From: Escherichia phage vB_EcoM_ESCO47
DNA length: 64,000 bases
Reading direction: 5' to 3' (one strand)
Sequence record: OM386662.1
The position numbers and the translations under genes are program-made. Position 1 is the first letter of the stretch. Each line of letters starts with the position of its first letter. The notes under the pieces were generated by a model. It was not told the origin of the DNA. It was given only the letters and a program-made list of their open reading frames with translations, and searched no databases. This document shows positions 56,742-64,000 of this stretch, in pieces.

Positions 56742-57704
56742 ATGATTACCATCAATTCCAAAGAACACATTCTAGAACAGAAATATCGTCCTTCTTCCAT
56801 TGACGAATGTATTCTGCCTGCGTATGACCATGAAACATTCAAGTCTTTAGTATCTAAAGGAAAACTTCCTCATATTATTTTGCACTCTCCTTCTCCTGGC
56901 ACAGGTAAAACAACCGTAGCAAAAGCATTATGTAATGATATCAATGCAGAAATGATGTTCGTCAACGGTTCTGATTGTAAGATTGATTTTGTGCGTGGCC
57001 CGTTAACTGCATTCGCTCGTTCAGTCTCAATGGAAGGCAAGCCTAAAGTTATTGTTATTGATGAATTTGACCGTAGTGGCCTCGCCGAATCACAACGTCA
57101 CCTTCGTACGTTTATGGAAGAATTCTCTAGTAACTGCTCTATTGTTATTACTGCTAACAACATCGATGGAATTATTGAACCATTACGTAGTCGTTGTCGA
57201 GTTATCGAATTCGGACGTCCAACCGAAGAAGATAAAATCTCAATGATGAAGAAAATGATTCATCGTATGGTTGAAATCTGTAAGAATGAAAATATCGAAA
57301 TCGCTGATATGAAAGTTGTTGCAGCTCTGGTTAAAAAGAACTTCCCGGACTTTCGTCGTACAATCGGTCAATTAGACCAGTACTCGTCTAAAGGTGTTCT
57401 TGATGCTGGTATTTTGTCTATCGTAACTAATGACCGTGGCACGGTCTCTGATGTTATCGAAGCAATGAAGAACAAAGATATCAAACAGCTTCGTGCATTA
57501 GCTCCAAAATACGCTGCAGATTATTCATGGTTCATCGATAAATTAGTTTCAGAATGTTATGACCAAGTTGCACCTGGTAAAAGTATTATTTCGCTTTATG
57601 AAATCGCAGGCGAAAATAATAAGTTTCATGGATTAGCAAGTAATATTGAATTACATGTTATGTATATGCTTCTTCAACTGACCTGTGAACTGACTTGGAA
57701 ATAA
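56742..57704 (+). CDS. 44: Clamp loader large subunit gp44
   Basis: Walker [15 protein letters not shown] Walker B, SRC motif LRSRC; start set at [11 protein letters not shown]. Confidence 0.95.
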   Translation: MITINSKEHILEQKYRPSSIDECILPAYDHETFKSLVSKGKLPHIILHSPSPGTGKTTVAKALCNDINAEMMFVNGSDCKIDFVRGPLTAFARSVSMEGKPKVIVIDEFDRSGLAESQRHLRTFMEEFSSNCSIVITANNIDGIIEPLRSRCRVIEFGRPTEEDKISMMKKMIHRMVEICKNENIEIADMKVVAALVKKNFPDFRRTIGQLDQYSSKGVLDAGILSIVTNDRGTVSDVIEAMKNKDIKQLRALAPKYAADYSWFIDKLVSECYDQVAPGKSIISLYEIAGENNKFHGLASNIELHVMYMLLQLTCELTWK

Positions 57705-57705
57705 T

Positions 57706-58269
57706 ATGAACTTATTCGATGATGACGTCCGGCTTAACGAGCACCAAATTGCATGGAAGTCTAATGACGCTGATGCGATTCAAAAATGTGCTGATATGTT
57801 TAAAGAAAAACCTGAGAATGAATTCTTTAAAATCATTAATGCTATTAATGAAAAGAAATCTATGTCAATTGCTCAGGTCGACTACTCAAAATTTATGGTT
57901 GAGAACTCATTATCCCAGTTCCCAGAATGTATGCCAGCTGTTTACATGATGAACTTAGTCGGTTCTGAATTAAGTGATGAAGCGCACTTCAACTATATGA
58001 TGGCGGCAATTCCGCGCGGTCGTCGATTCTCTAAATGGGCTAAACTAGTCGAAGACACTTCAGAGTTACTAGTTATCAAACTGTTGATGAAACATTACAC
58101 AATCAACATGAATGATGCTACAGAGTATAAGCGGCTCCTTGAAAAAAATAACAAGTTGCCAATAGTCCTTAAAGAACTGAAGGCCATGGTCACTGATGAA
58201 TTTCTCAAAGAAGTTACCAAAAACGTGAAAGAACAAAAACAATTTAAAAAAATAGCATTGGAATGGTAA
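57706..58269 (+). CDS. 62: Clamp loader small subunit gp62
   Basis: 187 aa as T4 gp62; coupled to gene 44. Confidence 0.9.
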   Translation: MNLFDDDVRLNEHQIAWKSNDADAIQKCADMFKEKPENEFFKIINAINEKKSMSIAQVDYSKFMVENSLSQFPECMPAVYMMNLVGSELSDEAHFNYMMAAIPRGRRFSKWAKLVEDTSELLVIKLLMKHYTINMNDATEYKRLLEKNNKLPIVLKELKAMVTDEFLKEVTKNVKEQKQFKKIALEW

Positions 58270-58271
58270 AA

Positions 58272-58640
58272 ATGATTGAAATTAAATTGAAGAACCCTGA
58301 AGATTTTCTGAAAGTCAAAGAGACTTTGACCCGTATGGGCATCGCTAATAACAAGGATAAAGTCCTTTACCAGTCTTGTCATATCCTCCAAAAGCAAGGT
58401 AAGTATTATATCGTCCACTTTAAAGAAATGTTGCGTATGGATGGACGTCAGGTTGATATTGACGGTGAAGACTATCAGCGACGTGATTCGATTGCCCAGT
58501 TGCTTGAAGACTGGGGATTGATTGTTATTGAAGACTCTGCTCGTGAAGATCTATTTAGCCTGACTAATAACTTCCGAGTTATCTCTTTTAAACAGAAAGA
58601 TGACTGGACTTTGAAAGCAAAATATACAATTGGTAATTAA
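58272..58640 (+). CDS. regA: Translational repressor RegA
   Basis: MIEIKLKNPEDFLKVKETLTRMGIANNKDKVLYQSCHILQKQGKYYIVHFKEMLRMDGRQV matches recalled T4 RegA; 122 aa. Confidence 0.9.
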   Translation: MIEIKLKNPEDFLKVKETLTRMGIANNKDKVLYQSCHILQKQGKYYIVHFKEMLRMDGRQVDIDGEDYQRRDSIAQLLEDWGLIVIEDSAREDLFSLTNNFRVISFKQKDDWTLKAKYTIGN

Positions 58641-58644
58641 AGCA

Positions 58645-58662
58645 ATGGGACTTCGGTCCCAT
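58645..58662 (+). other. C(UUCG)G tetraloop RNA hairpin
   Basis: ATGGGAC-TTCG-GTCCCAT directly after regA stop, upstream of gene 43. Confidence 0.6.
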
Positions 58663-58722
58663 TTGGAGTATAATGTCTATAACAACAAACAAAGACAATA
58701 ACTCGTCTATAAAGGAAAAATA

Positions 58723-61434
58723 ATGCAAGAATTTTATTTGACAGTAGAACAGATTGGTGACTCAATTTTCGAACGTTATATCGATTCTAACGGTCGTGAA
58801 CGTGTTCGTGAAGTAGAGTATAAGCCATCATTGTTTGCACATTGTCCCGAAAGTCAGGCTACAAAATATTTTGATATCTATGGTAAACCATGTACTCGTA
58901 AGTTATTCGCTAATATGCGTGACGCATCTCAGTGGATTAAACGCATGGAAGATATCGGTCTTGAAGCATTAGGTATGGACGATTTTAAATTGTCTTATAT
59001 CAGTGATACGTATCCGGTTGATATCAAATACGACCATACTAAAATTCGTGTAGCGAACTTTGACATCGAAGTAACATCTCCTGACGGGTTCCCTGAGCCG
59101 TCACAAGCAAAACATCCTATTGATGCTATCACTCATTATGACTCAATTGATGACAGGTTTTATGTATTTGACCTTTTGAATTCTCCATATGGTAATGTAG
59201 AAGAATGGTCTATCGAAATTGCGGCTAAGCTTCAAGAACAAGGCGGTGATGAAGTTCCATCCGAAATTATCGACAAAATTGTTTATATGCCGTTTGATAA
59301 TGAAAAAGAATTATTGATGGAATATCTCAATTTCTGGCAACAGAAAACTCCTGTCATTTTAACCGGATGGAACGTTGAGACATTTGATATTCCATATGTG
59401 TATAACAGAATCAAGAATATTTTTGGTGAATCCACAGCAAAACGGTTGTCACCACATCGCAAGACTCGTGTTAAAGTTATTGAAAACATGTATGGTTCAC
59501 GAGAAATCATTACATTGTTTGGTATCTCTGTTCTTGATTATATCGACCTTTACAAAAAGTTCTCTTTCACGAACCAACCGTCATATTCTCTGGACTATGT
59601 TTCAGAATTTGAATTGAATGTTGGTAAACTGAAATACGACGGTCCTATTTCTAAACTTCGCGAAAGTAATCATCAACGATATATAAGCTATAACATCATC
59701 GACGTATATCGTGTATTGCAAATTGATGCTAAACGCCAGTTCATTAACTTGAGCTTGGACATGGGTTATTATGCTAAAATTCAGATTCAATCTGTGTTCA
59801 GTCCAATTAAAACTTGGGACGCTATTATTTTTAATAGCCTTAAAGAACAAAACAAGGTGATTCCACAAGGTCGTTCGCATCCAGTTCAACCTTACCCGGG
59901 TGCTTTTGTTAAGGAACCTATTCCAAATCGATACAAATATGTGATGAGCTTCGACCTCACATCTCTGTATCCAAGCATCATTCGCCAAGTGAATATTAGC
60001 CCAGAAACAATAGCAGGAACGTTTAAAGTAGCTCCATTACATGATTATATTAACGCTGTTGCTGAACGTCCTTCTGATGTGTACAGTTGTTCTCCTAACG
60101 GCATGATGTATTATAAAGACCGTGACGGTGTTGTTCCAACTGAAATCACTAAAGTCTTTAATCAACGTAAAGAACATAAAGGTTATATGCTTGCGGCTCA
60201 ACGTAATGGTGAAATAATTAAAGAGGCCTTACATAATCCTAATCTTTCTGTTGATGAACCATTAGATGTTGATTATCGTTTTGACTTCACTGACGAGATT
60301 AAAGAAAAGATTAAAAAGTTGTCTGCTAAATCTCTTAATGAAATGTTGTTTAGAGCTCAACGTACTGAAGTTGCAGGTATGACTGCACAAATTAACCGTA
60401 AATTGCTCATCAACTCGCTTTATGGTGCACTTGGAAACGTTTGGTTCCGTTATTACGATTTGCGTAATGCAACTGCAATCACAACATTCGGTCAAATGGC
60501 TTTACAATGGATTGAACGTAAAGTTAATGAATATCTTAACGAAGTTTGTGGTACACAAGGCGAAGCTTTCGTTCTATATGGTGATACAGACTCCATTTAC
60601 GTATCTGTAGATAAAATTATTGATAAGGTTGGTGAATCTAAATTCCGCGATACTAACCATTGGGTAGACTTCTTAGATAAGTTCGCTCGTGAACGTATGG
60701 AACCTGCTATTGATAGAGGTTTCCGTGAAATGTGCGAATACATGAATAATAAGCAACATTTGATGTTCATGGACCGAGAAGCTATCGCTGGGCCTCCGCT
60801 TGGTTCTAAAGGTATTGGTGGATTCTGGACTGGTAAGAAACGTTATGCATTAAACGTGTGGGATATGGAAGGAACCAGATACGCTGAACCTAAGCTTAAA
60901 ATCATGGGTCTCGAAACACAGAAATCTTCGACTCCTAAAGCAGTACAGAAAGCTCTTAAGGAATGTATTCGTCGTATGCTTCAGGAAGGCGAAGAATCAT
61001 TACAAGAATATTTTAAAGAGTTTGAAAAAGAGTTCCGTCAGCTGGATTATATTAGCATCTCATCAGTGTCATCGGCAAATAACATTGCTAAATATGATGT
61101 CGGTGGATTCCCAGGTCCTAAATGTCCATTCCATATTCGTGGAATTCTGACATATAACCGAGCTATCAAAGGTAATATTGATGCTCCACAAGTTGTAGAA
61201 GGTGAAAAGGTATACGTTCTGCCTTTACGTGATGGAAACCCGTTCGGTGATAAATGTATCGCATGGCCATCTGGTACAGAAATCACTGATTTGATTAAAG
61301 ACGACGTGCTTCGTTGGATGGACTACACTGTTCTCCTTGAGAAGACATTTATTAACCCACTTGAAGGATTCACGTCAGCAGCGAAACTCGATTATGAGAA
61401 GAAAGCATCTCTGTTCGATATGTTCGATTTTTGA
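58723..61434 (+). CDS. 43: DNA polymerase gp43 (family B)
   Basis: 903 aa; exo motifs FDIE, YNIIDV; pol motifs DLTSLYPS, YGDTDS; sequence near-identical to recalled RB69 gp43. Confidence 0.97.
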   Translation: MQEFYLTVEQIGDSIFERYIDSNGRERVREVEYKPSLFAHCPESQATKYFDIYGKPCTRKLFANMRDASQWIKRMEDIGLEALGMDDFKLSYISDTYPVDIKYDHTKIRVANFDIEVTSPDGFPEPSQAKHPIDAITHYDSIDDRFYVFDLLNSPYGNVEEWSIEIAAKLQEQGGDEVPSEIIDKIVYMPFDNEKELLMEYLNFWQQKTPVILTGWNVETFDIPYVYNRIKNIFGESTAKRLSPHRKTRVKVIENMYGSREIITLFGISVLDYIDLYKKFSFTNQPSYSLDYVSEFELNVGKLKYDGPISKLRESNHQRYISYNIIDVYRVLQIDAKRQFINLSLDMGYYAKIQIQSVFSPIKTWDAIIFNSLKEQNKVIPQGRSHPVQPYPGAFVKEPIPNRYKYVMSFDLTSLYPSIIRQVNISPETIAGTFKVAPLHDYINAVAERPSDVYSCSPNGMMYYKDRDGVVPTEITKVFNQRKEHKGYMLAAQRNGEIIKEALHNPNLSVDEPLDVDYRFDFTDEIKEKIKKLSAKSLNEMLFRAQRTEVAGMTAQINRKLLINSLYGALGNVWFRYYDLRNATAITTFGQMALQWIERKVNEYLNEVCGTQGEAFVLYGDTDSIYVSVDKIIDKVGESKFRDTNHWVDFLDKFARERMEPAIDRGFREMCEYMNNKQHLMFMDREAIAGPPLGSKGIGGFWTGKKRYALNVWDMEGTRYAEPKLKIMGLETQKSSTPKAVQKALKECIRRMLQEGEESLQEYFKEFEKEFRQLDYISISSVSSANNIAKYDVGGFPGPKCPFHIRGILTYNRAIKGNIDAPQVVEGEKVYVLPLRDGNPFGDKCIAWPSGTEITDLIKDDVLRWMDYTVLLEKTFINPLEGFTSAAKLDYEKKASLFDMFDF

Positions 61435-61475
61435 TATAATGCCATGGACGGCAAACTAACCTAAATGAGAGAAAT

Positions 61476-62108
61476 ATGAAAACCACTCCTATTACTATCG
61501 CAATTGACGCAATCGTAAAGCAAGCTTCATCTCTGGCTACTATGGCTAAAGTAATTAGTCAAAATTCAGCTCGATACAATGCCATTCTTGAAACCTTGCG
61601 ACGTCCTGGTCTGAGTAATTATGAAAGTCGTGTAATTATTACCGGTGTCGGTAAAAATGCTAATATCGCAACTAAAGCTTCTGAAACATTTGCTTCACTC
61701 GGTATCCCGAGTATGTACTTGAACACTGGGCATTATTCTCACGGTGATGCAGGATTCATTGCGCCTAATGATGTGTTGATTCATATTAGTCGTTCTGGTA
61801 AAACTGAAGAAATGATTGGCGTGGCTAAGCATCTTAAAATGATTCGTCCGAACGTCAAACAGATTCTGTTGCATTGTAACCCGGACATTCCACAAGAAAA
61901 TGAAGCCCTTTTTGATTACTCTTTCTGTACAGGCATCGCAGTAGAGGTTGATGAGAATTCTCTGGCTCCGACTATGTCAACTACATTGTTGTTAGCGCTT
62001 ATCGATACGTTTGCTATCAACCTTTCATCTGAACGTGGATTTACCTCTAATGACTTCCTTAAGTTCCACCCTGGTGGTGCACTAGGTGCCATGTTACGAG
62101 GCGAATAA
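61476..62108 (+). CDS. SIS-domain sugar-phosphate isomerase (arabinose-5-phosphate isomerase KdsD/GutQ-like, no CBS domains)
   Basis: ITGVGKNANIATKASETFASLGIPS...SHGDAGFIAPNDVLIHISRSGKTEE...FLKFHPGGALG resembles KdsD SIS-domain motifs; ends where KdsD CBS domains would begin. Confidence 0.65.
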   Translation: MKTTPITIAIDAIVKQASSLATMAKVISQNSARYNAILETLRRPGLSNYESRVIITGVGKNANIATKASETFASLGIPSMYLNTGHYSHGDAGFIAPNDVLIHISRSGKTEEMIGVAKHLKMIRPNVKQILLHCNPDIPQENEALFDYSFCTGIAVEVDENSLAPTMSTTLLLALIDTFAINLSSERGFTSNDFLKFHPGGALGAMLRGE

Positions 62109-62251
62109 TGAAAGCAATAGCAATAGGACTTTTACTATTGATGCTTGTTATGACTATCTACTGGAGCTTAACTGCTCCAGTAATGGTTCCGACTCTTATA
62201 ATCGGATGGATTATGATTGGACTACAAGCAAAGTATGAATGCTTTAACTAG
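62108..62251 (+). CDS. Small hydrophobic peptide (47 aa)
   Basis: TAATG-coupled; two TM-like segments; below ORF-track cutoff. Confidence 0.3.
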   Translation: MKAIAIGLLLLMLVMTIYWSLTAPVMVPTLIIGWIMIGLQAKYECFN

Positions 62252-62292
62252 AATAGTGTACAATACTCCTACTTACCAATGAGGACCACAAC

Positions 62293-63978
62293 ATGAAAAA
62301 AGCTGTTATTCTTGGTGCTGGACTGGCAACTCGTTTGTATCCAATAACGCATCATATTCCTAAGGTGCTTGTTAACTATAAACAAGACACTATTCTGAGC
62401 AATTTGTATACAATTTATTCTGATCTTGGCGCAGACGAAATTATTGTAGTAGTTCATTCAAAATTTGCTGAAACTGTTCGAGCTTATTGTGAGCAAGAAG
62501 GGTTCAATGTGACTATTCGTACAGTTGATGAAGCGTATGGATCTGCTTATGCTCTTGCTAAATTACACAAAGATTTAGACGGCCATAATGTAATTGTTAA
62601 CTGGTGTGATATTATTCCTGATTTTGGTTCATGGTCATGGAATGTTAACGCAATCTATGTTAAGGGCGACGAATGTCGATATAATTTCGACGGTGAAAAT
62701 ATCACTAACGTAGGTTCAACAGGTGGTAATGTTGTAGGAATTTATCAGTTCAAAGACTGGGAATTCTATATGGGTTCTACCGATGAGGAAATTCATGAAT
62801 ACTGCAAAGGACGTGATTTCGTAGAATTCCTTTACGGCAGCGCATTCAATAAATCAGAGCTTATGAATCTAATTGATTTAGGTGATATGCCTAAACTTGA
62901 AAAAGCTCATGAAGTTCGTGAACTTAATCGTAGTTTTAATGCAGTTGAAATTGGTGAAGAAACTGTAACTAAATTCGCATTAACCGAACAGGGTCGAGCT
63001 CTTCAGAAAGATGAGATTTCATGGTATCTTAAAGTGAAATCAGATTCAGTTCCTCAGTTAGTTTCTGTTAATGAAAATAACTTTGAAATGGAACGCATTA
63101 AAGGTAGGCCGGCATTTGAATATATTAAATCCAAATCAAGTCTTGCTCGTCCACAAATTGTTGATGCAATTTTAGATGCACTGAAATTCAGCACAGACAC
63201 TTATTTTGTAAGTCCTGAAACTGTTCGTCGTGATTTCACTAAAGAATTCTATACTAAAGTTATTGATCGTTGTGAAAGCATTCAACCATTGATTGATTCA
63301 TTTGGTAAAATCACACATGTGAACTACACCAAGATTGGACGTCTGAAGCCAATGCTGAAACAAGCTTTAGAACACCTTATTCGTTATCATAACCGTTCTC
63401 AGGGACAGTACTCTGTTATTCATGGTGACCCGAACTTCAGTAATACTATGATTACTGATAACGGCGAAGTCAAGTTTATCGACCCTCGTGGATATTTTGG
63501 CGAAACCAAGATTTACGGCCCGAAATTGTATGATGAAGCTAAAGTGCTTTATGCTGTTTCAGGTTATGATGAATTCAATGCTAATCCGACCTGGGGGCAG
63601 TTTACTATTGATGAAACAACTTGTAATGTGTCTATTAACATCAATCCATTAGTTTACAAATATGGAAAGATGAGTTCGTTTAACGAGTATCATCATTTGG
63701 CAGTGGCAATTATCTGGATTGCATTAGGTGGTTATTTCAAGAATAATCCACTTAAAGCGGTAGCCGCATATTATAAAGGTATGGAACTTCTGACTAAGCA
63801 ATTACGTAACATGGGCCGTGTACTTCAGGACGGCTCTATTAGTTATGACGTAGCAGAACCTGTAACGGCTACACTGATTACAAAAAATCCTGGTAAATGG
63901 GTACTAACTGATAAAGAAACTGGTGTTTCCTATCGTCCAATCGGTGGCGATATCACTCATCAATGGGAACGAATCTAA
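62293..63978 (+). CDS. Bifunctional sugar-1-phosphate nucleotidyltransferase / sugar kinase (APH-fold) fusion
   Basis: N-terminus MKKAVILGAGLATRLYPITHHIPKVLV = NTP-transferase signature; C-terminus HGDPNFSNTMI...IDPRGYFG = aminoglycoside/choline-kinase-type catalytic loop. Confidence 0.65.
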   Translation: MKKAVILGAGLATRLYPITHHIPKVLVNYKQDTILSNLYTIYSDLGADEIIVVVHSKFAETVRAYCEQEGFNVTIRTVDEAYGSAYALAKLHKDLDGHNVIVNWCDIIPDFGSWSWNVNAIYVKGDECRYNFDGENITNVGSTGGNVVGIYQFKDWEFYMGSTDEEIHEYCKGRDFVEFLYGSAFNKSELMNLIDLGDMPKLEKAHEVRELNRSFNAVEIGEETVTKFALTEQGRALQKDEISWYLKVKSDSVPQLVSVNENNFEMERIKGRPAFEYIKSKSSLARPQIVDAILDALKFSTDTYFVSPETVRRDFTKEFYTKVIDRCESIQPLIDSFGKITHVNYTKIGRLKPMLKQALEHLIRYHNRSQGQYSVIHGDPNFSNTMITDNGEVKFIDPRGYFGETKIYGPKLYDEAKVLYAVSGYDEFNANPTWGQFTIDETTCNVSININPLVYKYGKMSSFNEYHHLAVAIIWIALGGYFKNNPLKAVAAYYKGMELLTKQLRNMGRVLQDGSISYDVAEPVTATLITKNPGKWVLTDKETGVSYRPIGGDITHQWERI

Positions 63979-64000
63979 TGCACCGTGTAGAAAACATGCT

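Noticed and set aside
20066-62457. Minus-strand ORFs inside the plus-strand early region and replication genes (for example 20066-20359, 21251-21547, 21414-21932, 29349-29531, 56375-56665, 59602-59988, 61695-61895)
   Set aside because: Antisense to better-supported plus-strand genes, no promoters or ribosome-binding sites; the only minus-strand gene accepted in this region is the HNH gene at 54523-55239

Overview
This window is a T4-like myovirus (Tevenvirinae) segment in reverse orientation relative to the standard T4 map. From recalled protein sequences, gene 43 DNA polymerase here is nearly identical to the RB69 enzyme, so the phage looks RB69-like; this is memory-based, not a database search. 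Layout: (1) 1-13828, minus strand, baseplate/tail genes 12 (partial), 11, 10, 9, 8, 7, 6, 5.4, 5.1, 5, 53 with ATGA/TAATG coupling; (2) 13885-17326, plus strand, genes 4, 2, 3, 1, 57A, 57B; (3) 17400-51300, a plus-strand early/middle accessory region of about 75 short genes, including three tRNAs, seven candidate internal proteins with an MKTYQEFIAE-type capsid-targeting N-terminus, nudE, lysozyme e, a decayed denV, regB, a macro-domain protein, tk, rI, nrdC, endonuclease VII (49), nrdD (no intron), nrdG, a glutaredoxin and sigma factor 55; (4) 51342-61434, replication/recombination genes 47, 46, a minus-strand HNH homing-endonuclease-like gene, 45.2, rpbA, 45, 44, 62, regA, 43; (5) 61476-63978, a sugar-isomerase (SIS) protein plus a fused nucleotidyltransferase-kinase. 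The most interesting candidate is block (5): a likely nucleotide-sugar donor pathway for DNA hypermodification, sitting where T4 carries DNA-modification genes, in a genome that lacks alpha-glucosyltransferase between genes 47 and 55. All calls rest on reading the sequence, motif recognition and recalled T4/RB69 sequences; no searches were run, and coordinates of regulatory motifs are approximate to a few bases.
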